Position numbers and translations under genes: made by a program
Assembly: GCA_977030845.1 (NCBI GenBank)
Contig: OZ365114.1
Coordinates: 15,686,001 to 15,750,000 of the forward strand
Origin: Fimbriosthenelais zetlandica
Lineage: Eukaryota
Length of the DNA: 64,000 bases
Reading direction: 5' to 3'
The notes under the pieces: model-generated
Database searches by the model: none
Seen by the model: the letters and a program-made list of their open reading frames with translations, nothing else
What the model was told of the DNA's origin: nothing
Shown here: piece after piece, positions 41,001-53,093 of the stretch
Numbering within the stretch: the stretch's first letter is position 1
Layout of the letters: every line of letters starts with the position of its first letter

Positions 41001-42159
41001 CAGTTAAAAGAACTAAAACGTGTCTTGAAAATACGAAAGCTAATAGGAAAGTCCTGATTAGGAGAACTCCCTGTATGTTGATGTTCCAACACCCAAAAGT
41101 CAATAATAATTTATCCTAACGGTTGTACTAAACATTGAGTAATTGAAACATCCAGCCTGCTTTTCCTGCACACCATTGGAAGAGAATCAATTAACTCTGT
41201 ATTGGGTGCGCAGTAAAGAACGTAGCCCAACGTAGGCCGACCTTGATCCTCTCTCCTAGTTGGCACCTCCCACTCACTGACTATTTATATGATCCACTGT
41301 AATCCATATCCCTGCGCAGACACCTATTGACAATACTGGAAACAGACATCCCAATTCTCCAAAATCTTGCCTCAATCCAACAATATGTCAGATCAAACCT
41401 TAAATTACTCACTTCATATTTTGCAAAGAATATGACAAGTAATAAAAACAATAGTTTCGCTTATCATTTATTAGTTTCTTCCCAGTTAAATGGATATGTT
41501 TTATAGGCTTTGTTTGTGTGGGCTTTCAAGGCAGGGACTTTCTATTGTATAGAAGGATTTTCTTTGCCCATATAAAATCAGGTCATCAAAAATAACTTCG
41601 ACGGAAGAGGGCTTTCTGTGGGCAATATTGTTGTTGTACAAGGCATTCGAGGCAGCTCGGAGTGATAAGGGGGGAAATTTCAATCAAAGCAGACCCCACC
41701 GTCATCTCTTGCATAAAATATGGCCCTGCTACTTCTTCCGAGGAAGCCATTATTTGACAGAAAGCAATTGCCCACTAGAGAAAGTATATAGGACTTGGAG
41801 AAAAGCAATACAACTCACCATATAGAAGGTAAAACATTCAGGTTCTGATGATGAAGAAAGCTTGTATATATATGTTCTGTAGGGGAGAGATACATAAAAA
41901 GATATGGCAACATTTGGTTACATGCAACATGTTTTATTCAAGTGTAGTTAAAAAGCTGGCATTTGAAAACTTCTTTTGCTGCATTTCAAGGTACTCTACA
42001 GTGTTAAAATGACCCAGATTTGTGTATACGTATGTGTATGTAAGTACTGGGGATATTTTTAGGAAACAATCCCTTGGACATTGGTAGTAGCAGGTTGGTG
42101 GGTTGGTGCTTGGTAAGGGGGAGGGGGGTGTTAAGTGCCTTGGTTGTTAGCTTACTTAG

Positions 42160-42645
42160 CCCCAAGGGAAGCAAGCGGTCAGATCTGTCCATATTTTCTC
42201 CCGATGTAACGATATGGATATGACAACTTAATGAACTTGCCTGTCGCCCTTAATGAATGCCTTGCTAGCAACCCTCCAGACAGCACCAGTTGAGAGTCAT
42301 TTTCAACATGACTGATGGTTATATTAGATGAGTTTTGGCAACAGTCACCCAGAAGCAAAAGCTTCCCATGTTTGCCCACTTGACAGTTACACAACAGAGG
42401 CAGAAACTATTCGTTTTTATTGCCAGATAATCATGTTTTATTCTGGCTAATAAAGGCCATTTCCATGATAATTTCATTGCTAACCGAACATATTCCAATG
42501 GAAAAACAAAAATTGAGAAACGACCTTTTCTCTCAAAGTTTGGTCTCCAAAACGATCTATCATTCATCCCGGAGCTGTCTCTATTAATGTTGGATGATCC
42601 AGACTTCCCTAACCCAGCAAGGCTTCTGTCTGTATAGATATGCTT
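42160..42645 (-). mobile_element. Possible decayed RNase H domain of a retroelement
   Basis: Minus strand, three frames in the expected order: HIYTDRS (~42630), HVENDSQLV (~42300), HIVTSGENMDRSDRLLPLG (~42160-42215). Compare YTDGS / E.DSQLV / H..RE.N..AD.LA..G. The first spacing is longer than typical. Confidence 0.25.
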
Positions 42646-43366
42646 CATCATACTTCTGGAAGCTAGGTTTAATATATGGACAAAAACTGCCTCCTGGTGG
42701 TAAATCTTCCAGTTATGGTGCAAACCCCGAGTATCTTCACCCTGTAAATCTTTGTAAACCATTTAATACCATACTGGTAAGAGAAAGTGAAAACAATGGC
42801 ACTATGAAGCGTTTCTTCCTGATCTATAATATATAGAAAAAGAATTGCTATATGCCCTATTATGTTTCATTCCTGTTTACTATATGATACTCATTCTGCA
42901 TGAGATATATCCCACCAAACCCCAAGGAACTAAATCACATGTGATTTAAAGCTTTGTTGACAGATATCGACACTTGAATCTCCCACCTTATCTGTGTCAA
43001 AATCATTTTTCCTGGCATCTCCACACCCAGGAATGAAAATCCACTATCTATTTAATTAAGGACAAAAACGATCATCCCCATATACTTGCCCATAGATTAC
43101 AAGTATAGATGGGGAGGAGGAGGGATAGGATCAACCATCCCTGTAAGGGATTAAGGATCCAGTAAAGCTTTTCTATTAGATTGTGGTCTGGTGATGAGAG
43201 CTCGGGGATGAATTACTTTTATGCAAATACAGTGAGGATAGGCGGCTGAGAATGGTGCGTGATTTATGGTTGTATTGAACAGAGATTATGATTATTATTG
43301 TCAGCTACTCATAGCTTGGTTATAGTACAAGCATATGACTCCTGTTGAAATCTTCCATTCCTATAG

Positions 43367-43670
43367 AGTGTCCGCCCCGTGTGTGGAAGGTCGCTGGTTC
43401 GAACCGCGGCCGGGTCATACCAAAGACTGAAAAAATGGGACTAGTGGCTCCCTCGCTTGGCACTCAGCAAAAAGAGGACAGTACTAGGACTGGTCAACCC
43501 GGTGTCAGTATAATGTGACTGGGTGAGATATCATGTCATGTGCCTGCGACATGATACCTCAGTGAGGCAGCACTATAAAAAGAGCATTGGGCTCACTGTC
43601 ACAAGTAGGCACCGTCATGATATAACTGAAAAATTGTTCAAAAGTGACGTTAAACCCCATTCAATCACAA
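43367..43670 (+). mobile_element. 5'-truncated tRNA-derived SINE, V-SINE-like core (mollusc RUDI-like, from recall)
   Basis: B box GGTTCGAACC (43396-43405). Core GGTCATACCAAAGAC (43413-43427)...AAAAATGG...GCTTGGCACTCAGCA (43455-43469). Internal 9-bp stem TATCATGTC/GACATGATA (43529-43556). 3' end GACGTTAAAC plus a CAAT-like tail. Flanked by identical TCCATTCCTATAG (43354-43366 and 43671-43683). A box missing. Confidence 0.85.
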
Positions 43671-45816
43671 TCCATTCCTATAGTGGAACCTTTTATGGTT
43701 TCACTAAAGATTTCATCACAGAAAAGGCCTGCCTGCACCATTGACTAAATTTACCTTTAGTTTACCATTGGCCGTGCCTTTGACTGGGACACGGGACATC
43801 AAATACATGGTCCCTTTACCCGTTTGACACTTTTTTAAACTTACAGAGCACTTTACAAGTGAAGATCTTACTGGTTGCTTTTTAACAATATCACGTGACA
43901 ATATGGCAGCTTCTTTGTGTTGCCACCAGGGGAAAAAGCTGCCTTTCGCCATTGTGAAGAGCTCCCATTGGATTAGCTAGAAATGATGATGAATATGCAT
44001 GGATTGTCTTCGTGTACAATGAGACCAAGCGATAAAATGCCAAGTCCCTTACATAAATGCTTTTATCCCATCTGCAAAAGAGTTCTTATAGAGAAATATA
44101 TTGGCTTTTAGCGATGCAACCCAAGCATGCATTGGCATCTTCGCTTTAGACCTTGTATTCTACTGATGACAGATACATCAAAAGTTGTAGCACTATACAA
44201 TGGCCATAACGATAATTGCGACACTGCAGTGTTTGGTGCAGCACAGGGTGTTCGTTACACAATATCAAATCACTAATACACCCATGTCTGATTCCATTCA
44301 GTGATGGATATTTCCTACGTTGGTAAAATGTGTGCATTGGTCTGTTTGAGTGGGGAAATAGACTGGACGAGTGGTTTCCAACTTGTGCAATCTAAAAGTT
44401 GTGCAAAGAGGCTCTTTGCTCTATGTCTGCAGGAAGACGAATGGGGTAAGACTACAGCTAACTACTCTATCTTAGTGACAGGTAATATATAACAGGCTCA
44501 TATTTACTGTCATCACACATTGCCAGGCTGCTTCATGAGGATTTACTCCTACCTAGCAACCAATAAAAGTGCACAAGAAAATCACTATATGACTTAGGAA
44601 CCTATGGAAAACTGAAATGAAGTCCTAAAAGTCTACCTACTTTGAAGGACAATGGCCCTGTCTGTTGCTTCATTATCAATTTCCCTTGATACGTCCTATT
44701 TTCTGAAGTATTTTTGTACTTGATGAACTTATGAAAAGTGTTACTTCGATGGGGAGGCTTTATAATGAAAAGTGTCAGAGGAGAATGCAGGAATGGCGTG
44801 GCACTAGCCCTCCCTCTGCAGAAGGTGTCAGATTTAATACAGCACCATATCCATTGTCTATCTCGTTTTTGTTTCTTCAGCAGCAGTACAAGCCGAAGCC
44901 AATCGGACATTGATACGTCACGGGAGTCTAGGCCGTGAAATTGTAATGTTGCCAGTATTAATGGCGGAGGCAAGAGGAAAATGGCCACCCATAAACACTT
45001 GTCCACCTAGTGGGGCTGTTTGGAAAACATGCCATCCATCAATCGGCTTCTGGAAAGGTAACAAAAAAGAAGAAGAAACAAATTAGAAAAGGGTGCGAAC
45101 TTATTCCTAACATTATCGAGGTATATAACAAACATGTTCGCCGCACTATTTTCTAGTACCCTATTGTTTATTTAACCCGGACGTTCAAGGAAAACCATTA
45201 TTCATCTAATGAAAGGCTCATTTTCGAATATAGTCTGATAGAACTCTAGTTTTGTTATTTTTTGAAGATTCAATTTTTTCGTTGTAGATCCTCCTTGCTT
45301 AGAAAATCTCATTCAATATCCAATTTAATGAAAATCATTCTATTCAAAACAACATTTATCTGATCTACAGTTTCGCGCTTATCTCTTTTCTGTACTTGTG
45401 TACATCCCATCAATTCATAACATTGTTAGATCGCTTTACAGGTTTTTCATTTATAGTGTAGGCTCACAATGGTGCCCACAAATGGTAAAAGCAATTGAGG
45501 CAATTCATTACCTGTCTGATTCATCATCTATTAGTACGAGTGAATTGCCTTCTGGATGAATAATTCAGCCTTCTTATATATCACTATGATTTACAGAAGT
45601 CGGCCAGGAGTTATATTGGAAGCTAACACCCCAGTAATGAGCTAGGCATACACAAAGGTTTCTTCATTTCTCCTGTATGACAGAAACAGGATATCAAAGA
45701 CAATTTATGTCAAAGTTGATTTTCACTGACTGGTGATTGATCAGAGAGCTACATGATCAACTTGAAACGCATGCCATGAATCAAAGACCATTGATATGCA
45801 AAGAGAATTCAGGGCG

Positions 45817-45840
45817 TGGGTATGGGTATGGGTATGGGTA
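45817..45840 (+). repeat. (TGGGTA)4 microsatellite
   Basis: Four exact copies; with GGG at 45812-45814 this gives five G3 tracts. Confidence 0.95.
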
Positions 45841-48800
45841 GCCTATGCTAGGAAAACATCTCTATGTTGGTATACGAGATTGATTGATTGACTAAGCTTG
45901 ATTTATTGATTGGCATGACTAATCTTTAATATCTTGAACTTTTAAATTCGTTGCCAATTAGATTCTGTCAGGGCATTCACCCTATAAAAGTAGGCCTTTC
46001 ATATTACCATGGGCTTTAGCATTGTTATACAAGGAGGGTACTGTATATGGAATAACAAAATGATATACAAAAGGAAATATATTTTTTTCTCCATATTTTA
46101 AAGCTCAAACAATGAGGAGCAATGTATGACATGAGGAAGAACAAAGGCATTGAGGCCTGCCTTCACTCTGTTCTAGCATTGACATGCATGTCACCGCTTC
46201 ATCCGCTGCTTACAGTCAAACTCTCTGTCATATAAAGCGGACAAACCTGAGCTTGATTAAGGGGAGCCACGTCACCCCACAATCCCCCTCTTGTATATAT
46301 TATATATTCCTAGTGTTGTAACAGTTGGCTGATAAATTTGATTTATTGTGGAGACATTTGGTAGGACATGACCCTTGAACAATGGTATTCTACTCAACCT
46401 GCCATTGTTTTCTAAAAGACCTTCCACTAAAGAAAATGGATGGAACTTGTTTTTGTTTTATAGAAGCTTGGAGCCTTATAGAAAGACAATTGACGAATAC
46501 TGATGAAACTATTGCTTATATCGGTTTCAAAAAACACCATTTATAATATTTGACACAAAAAAAACATGAAAATATCCCCCAAAATGACATAACACGAACA
46601 GAACCACCTTGGCTGATTGAGGTAAGTCAGGATGTAGCTGTAAATATATATACACATACACACCTTTATGTATCGTTTTGTGCCAGTCATCATAAGGTGA
46701 GTGAAGTTCATTATTTAGGTGAAATATATACTTTGTACAGTCCTACAGTCCACAGAGGCTTAGAAGAAAAGCCTTTGAGGTAATTCTAAATGTTGCTCCG
46801 CAGATGAAAATAAACCAAATAGTTCAACGAGCATAACCCATCCGGAATGATCCGAATTTCCTAGGATTTTGAAATCTCCTGTCTGCTACAGACAGGGATA
46901 AGCTAGTCTCTTTAACACACACTTGTTCAACTTAACCAAATTGTTGAGAGCTCCGAAGTGAACTTCTCTGATATGTCAGGACCATTACTATTCAGAATGT
47001 TTCACTCTTATTCCATGATGTTTTTCAATAAAATTGTAACATCTCTGTACATATACATCTCCAACAACTAGTCTGAACGTGTTTTCGGCATTGAACATTG
47101 AATGCAATGCTTGCTTGATTAAGGTGTTTCTCGATACCCTATCTGGTGTAATAAGTCTAGCATCGTGATATTTTAAGTATTGCCTATATGATGCACTTAG
47201 TCTTGCCAAGAGAAACCTTTCCCTCTGTTTCTTTTTTAAACATCTTAACTTGCAAAAAGTCTTGGCAATTTTTTTTTCAAATTGAATAAAAGTGGAGGAA
47301 CGGCTGAAAATATAGGAGCATTATCAACATTCCATTAACACATTTAGGATTTTAGTCACTTTTAAAACAAAATTCACTCCAAGAAAATCTTTGGCTTTCT
47401 ACAGAAGAATTGCATATCAGATGAAGAGCTTCTTCCCGTGGATAAACATTCAAAAATAAAGTTTGAATTAATGAGTCATAAAGTTGAAAGTGTGATAATC
47501 AAATTAACTAAAGGTTTATGTACAGATGGTAAGTGTAGGACTGTAGAGTACTGATTAGGAATTGTAGTGCCTTAACCTGTGTAAAGGGAGGATGAACTGC
47601 CTGAAAGTCTGGGACCGTGTCTCTTACCAGGGCCAATATTTCTAAGTGGCTACTGCCACGATGACCATAAAGTTCGACCATCATACTCTTGTGGGCCTTT
47701 TTGACCGTTCTTTCAGCAGCACTGAGAAAGAGGAAGCCTCTGCACAAAAAGCGTAAAAGCAAGTTATTTTTACCCATTCTTCCCTTGGCCGCAACAGGGC
47801 AATGGGCTTATTATATATGCACTTCACTCCGCTTGTTGTAGTACTATTGCAGCAGCATTTCATTTTCTCCCCATTTGTACATATTAAGCGTTAATGTGCG
47901 TGGTGGCTGGACGTGCTCTCTTTGTTCTGATAAGGCGTTCCTTTTTCCAAGTAGTTGAGCTCTATTTTATAAGTAGCCAGAACCTGTATATAGCATGTTC
48001 TGCAATGGCCATCTTCGTGTAAATCCCAGTCTTAGTCAAGCATGATATTCAGCATTACTGCCCCGTATTATCAAACCCCCAAGACACTGTCTCTATATAG
48101 TAGTTTGTCTAGCTATCTACTACATTCTCCACTGTAGCTCTATTTGTTGGTAGCACTCTTCATGCACCCCATTTTGATATTTTATCATTATGATAACTAA
48201 CCCATTTTTTCTCTTATCATTTCGACCACCCATCCTCTTTTAAGGGAAAATTGCATGCTTTCCTACTTGGATTGCTACTCAAATTTATCACCTTATGCCA
48301 TGCATTTCAAATTTGATCGACATCTATGAGAAAATGAAGCATTGCCACTTCCACAGCTTTTAAAATTTTGCAATTTTTGACACGTCCATTTGTTGTGGAT
48401 TTCGTGTGATTTAATTGAACTTTGAATCCTCTAAGGTTTGATTCGTGGATTAAAGTTGAACTGCTTGAATGTTGTTTTACGTGCCTTGACACATGCTGAC
48501 AAAAGTTCTGTAGGTTATTTAGGCTATGTTTTATCTCAATTTTATCATTTACTTTCCTTCCTATTCAAACCATAAATTATGACCTTTGTGCTTCATTTTC
48601 CATTATGCTGTTATGCTCATAATTTGAATGAGTTTGTTGTAAAGTAAACAAATCTATACCATGAATGCAATTTTAATTTTATTAAATGCATGGACCAACT
48701 ACAACTTTTTAGTGTCTTTCCTTCGGAATAGATACTCTTCATTTCTGTTTTTCATTCATGTTGGATGCCTATTGTAAATGTAGCGTTGAATATCATGAAA

Positions 48801-50282
48801 ATTGGGATTTACAAGATGCCCTAGTGACATAATTCCTGATTATAGATATGTAACAGTTAAAAGAATGCCTTATAATATGTTTTTGCCTGATTATTTTTTT
48901 CAGTTTATTACCATTTGAATCATTATGTTGCCTGTGTAAACTACTCATCTGCCTAATCCAGTCACCTCTGTTTGTTTTGATTTGTATAAGTTGATAAACG
49001 CCAGTTCTTGTGATGTAACATTTTCACTTGTAAATAGTTGTTATTCACCATATTATAATGAAGTTAATATATGGTTTTTAAAGTGTGTAATTGTAACATT
49101 TCTTGCATATAAAAGAGTATTATGAGAACACATTTTATTATCATTTGAAATGATTAGATTTGGTTCCTTAAAACTAACATTTTCATATAGTTTAATGTAA
49201 TTTCTCTTGGTCCTGAATATTGCCATATTACCGGACGAATTAATTTTCACTCGGAAAGTAGAATTAGCTGAGACATCACTATTTTCACAGTACTAATTGT
49301 GAAATGAACAAGTTAATGTACCATCACCTGAACTAGTGTTTGATTCGTATGCTGTGCTCTAGGGGGATTTAGTAGCTCTACCCAACAAAGGCCATGTCCT
49401 TAAAGGCTTGAGTTTTGCTTGCCAAATGTTCTAAGATCGTTCCTTTCTCTCCTTTGTCTCTTCTAGTATCCTCAGTTCATATTTTTGGGCAATGTGACCA
49501 ATATGTTTATAATTATGCAAAACAAAATCCCCAGAAATTATTAAAGGAATTCCCTTTGGTGTTTTTAAATTAGTTATTTTAATTGATTTTTTTGTTCCTC
49601 GGATAAGGAAAAAAATGCCTTTCCTCAAAAAAGACTATTTTTAGAAGTAATACACTCTTAGCCTACCACATGATGATCCAAGAATGTTGCTGTGTATAAT
49701 CTTTGTATATTCAGTTATCCCTGCATAGCTTACGGTACTAATGAAGCCATAATTATGCCTTTGTTGTCTTAGTATGAGTGACTTTGTCTGTCCTCCATGC
49801 TTCAGTCAAACTAAATAAGAAATAACATCATGGAAGGGCCAACGAAATGCTAGCCAAAAAGGAAAAGAAATGCACAAAGCTGCGGGAAAAAATTGGAAAT
49901 TTCATTTATAAAAAAGCCATTTAATGTGTTTAGGAAACTCTCTCCGAAATGCATTTAACAAACCTGGCTAACACCATTTTGACTTCTCTCTCTGTCTCTC
50001 TGAAATAAATTAGTACATGTGCAAGAAGAAGGGTGTGACACCGAGTCATGCCCCAAGCGTATGACCTTGAACTTTGTATATATATGGGTCCCAGGCGGTG
50101 TATAATGAAAAGATCGCCGCCAGAATCTTTTATAGAAATCTATACAACACGTGTGTTGGTGTAGATATGAAAGAGTATAATCCATTATAAGAATATTAAT
50201 GTGGAGGGGTTAGGAAAAAGACAATGAAAGAGTTACTATGTTTACTGTTTATCTCTTATCCCTGTGCTTTCTATTGTTACAG

Positions 50283-50559
50283 GGCTAAAAGTTGAGGCCT
50301 CAGAAAACGTGTTCCTGGAGAATCTCCACAGTACGCGGAACCTGGAGACGACGTATTACGTCACGGACATCACTCAGGCCTCCGACTTCTTCTGGGTTCG
50401 AGAGTCGGGCCTGCAAGTTCATATCGGTATACTCGATGTGGCGCTGATACCAAAGTATGAGGATGTGAGCCATGATTCAGACAACAAATACATGCTGAGC
50501 AATCCCAATACAAGTGAGGATAAGTCCAAATTCAGGAACATCGCGAAAAACTACTGTAG
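50283..50559 (+). CDS. Candidate 277-nt internal exon (phase 1 to 2), unknown product
   Basis: Pyrimidine-rich acceptor ending TTGTTACAG (AG 50281-50282), donor AG|GTACGT (50560). Open frame GLKVEASENVFLENLHSTRNLETTYYVTDITQASDFFWVRESGLQVHIGILDVALIPKYEDVSHDSDNKYMLSNPNTSEDKSKFRNIAKNYC, with GC-ending codons and CpG enrichment relative to AT-rich flanks. Confidence 0.5.
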
Positions 50560-52962
50560 GTACGTATTTGTTGAAAATGCGTCGCGATGCCTATTCACGA
50601 GATTGTGTTCCTTTTATAGGTAGCCTGCTTTTGAGGTGGTCTGCACCCGAGAAAGGTAAGTTCCATTAACAGGTGAGTATTTGTATGATCCGCATTGATG
50701 AAGCAAATCAATTATGTCTGGATGGCCTGGAGGTGAAGCCCCGGCAATCTTAATGCCAGCTTTTCCAAGTAGTTCATGAATATTATCCTTCGATTTTTCA
50801 CAATTCAATGGCAACATCAACTTGATGGAACTATGACGTGGATATCTAATAAAGAATTTTTAAGTGTTAAAGCGATTGCCTAAAAGGACCTGATAAAACA
50901 TCTCTCTTCCCATCTGTCTCCATTAAAAGGCAGTCTGGCATAATATCTCCTCCAATGGGAAGAATTGATTTATTGTGTCAATTTGCTTCCAACTGGCTCC
51001 AATTGAATTGAATTTGCCATCGGTCCACTTGTTTCCGATTGTCTCCTTATGGGCAAGTTGTCTTGAATTAATCCTTTTAGAGATGAAATAGATCAAAGGA
51101 GAAATCTGAAGAAATCTCTTTGGCAATTTAGAGCATCTTGTTTTTACTTTTGTCATTTCTCTGCAGCCATTAAGATCGTTTGCATTCATGTATCCATATA
51201 TTGCTATGGATAACGAAGGTATTTAACCGTGGGTGTGTGGGAGTATCAAGACTGAAACCCTCTGAGGGAAGACAGCGATCTGTTGTAAGAAGGTTCTGGA
51301 AGGATCTGGAGGCTCCAGGAAGGTTAGGCTTCGAGCACAGAAGGCTGGAGTAGACCTAATCTGATGGAAATTATATGGAAATGATTCGGCTCAGTTGTAG
51401 AGATGTGGATTTATGTGTATTTGCTCTCCACTCATCATTGTCTAAGGCAAGGCTCATGGTGCAGCTGAGGCTCCTACTGGTGGTCAGAAAGCTCAATATT
51501 CTTATCCCGCCCTCTCATCTGTATAGACTTGTTGAAGTCACCTATTATCTTAACCTGTTTGTTGCACTTCCACTTTTGGTGCTGACGTTATACAGATCAA
51601 ATATTTAAGTGTTGTAGACTTGATGCAGCTGTATGAAGAGCATTCTTAGCAAAAGATCATCATCTGGTCTCGTCCTGTTGTACAGTGTTGAGTGCAATGG
51701 TTCTCCAAACATTTCTGTTGTCAGCCAAATGATGATGCCAGCGTTGATGTATTTCATCCAAGACCACTCTTTGATGTTTGAGGACCATGTTGTGCTGCTC
51801 TTGGAAAAGATACACTTTTGCTTAGTCTTGCTTGTAGAACTGTCAGAACACAAAGCTCTAGAACATACATGTACTTGCCATTCATTCCATACAGTTCCAG
51901 TAGCTAAAATAAACATTCTGGACCAGTGCAGGCCTGGTGGAAATTTAACCGATTTCCATTTGTCCATGTACTTCTTAAAGACCTCTTCTTAGCCAGGCTC
52001 CAGAAAAGGCAGAATTGGTTTCATCCCCTTTTTTCTCCACTATTTGTGATGGGCTTTTTAAAACGTGTTTCACTGAATTCTGCTGGGGCTCTTTGCGTGG
52101 CACCTTTGTGTGAAAGATGAAGGGAGATAGAAGTGGAAGTCTTGGGCTAATGAATACATGATTTAATAGGCCTGAGACTTGGGCTGAACCTCAGAAGAAA
52201 ATTGAACTGACAGGAACTGACTTGTCCATCCACAGTGGAACCTCATCAAGACAACCCAGCATGTCATTGGTTTTTGCGGGCCGGAGATTAATTTTGCTCA
52301 TGCATTCCATAACACAATAACCATACATGTTCTGGCTACACAAGTACTTGTGAAACGGCAACATAATGTTGCATGGGATGTAATCAAGTAGAGTAGTTTA
52401 TTATCCTTGATTTGATGTCCAATAAATGTAACATAGGACCATATTTTACATCTCAAAAAGTTATAAGAGGCAAAAGGGTTAAATATTGATTTTGTAGAAC
52501 AAAAACTGTACTGCAAAAGTATTTGAGAGTGAAGACACTTGCGAGTTAAGCGTTAGACGAGTATTTCCCCTCAGTCCCTGCTCTGCTCCTCCCCTTGATG
52601 TTGGTTGTCGGAGGCAGTGTTGAGCGATCACCAGGGATGTAGGTTTGGGTTGGTTCTCTGACACCTTGTGCTCTACACAGCTGTTACAGTCACCCAACAT
52701 CAAATTAGCCGCGTCCTCTGTGTCTGTATTTGTCTCAGCCTTCTGGGAGACTAGACTGATGGCTTTGACGCTCCTTCCATGATGTCCTTATCAAGAAGCT
52801 GTCTCTCAATGGTGTCTCTCGCTGCCTGTAATCTATGACTTTATATCTGTCTATGTTAATAATCTATGTTCAGGGGTTGGAGAGTAACTTATCTACTGGG
52901 AACCCTGGTTGACACGCATATCGTGATAAAGAATGTATCCTCGGCAGACACTATACCTTTTT

Positions 52963-53093
52963 TGCCCAGAATAATTTTTTTTTTTTTTTTTTTTTGTCAG
53001 ATATAATGAACACAGATCAGAATACTGCATAGACGTAGATTTATTCATTTGAGGGGTGTGTCATTGTTTCCTTGGAATTATGATGCCCAGAAT
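52963..53093 (-). mobile_element. Short 5'-truncated retroposed insertion with poly(A) tail and probable TSD
   Basis: T21 run (52975-52995) is a minus-strand A tail. TTTATT (53040-53045) is a minus-strand AATAAA. TGCCCAGAAT occurs at both 52963-52972 and 53084-53093. Confidence 0.55.

Noticed and set aside
43367-43412. tRNA gene
   Set aside because: Only a B box and T-arm-like segment; no A box or acceptor stem. It is the SINE head.
43982-44167. C/D box snoRNA (ATGATGA ... CTGA)
   Set aside because: The boxes are far apart with no terminal stem; such motifs are common by chance.
50614-51189. Tc1-like PPGHPD and L1-like LPKRFLQI snippets
   Set aside because: Each is a few residues without neighbouring conserved motifs; cannot be distinguished from chance.
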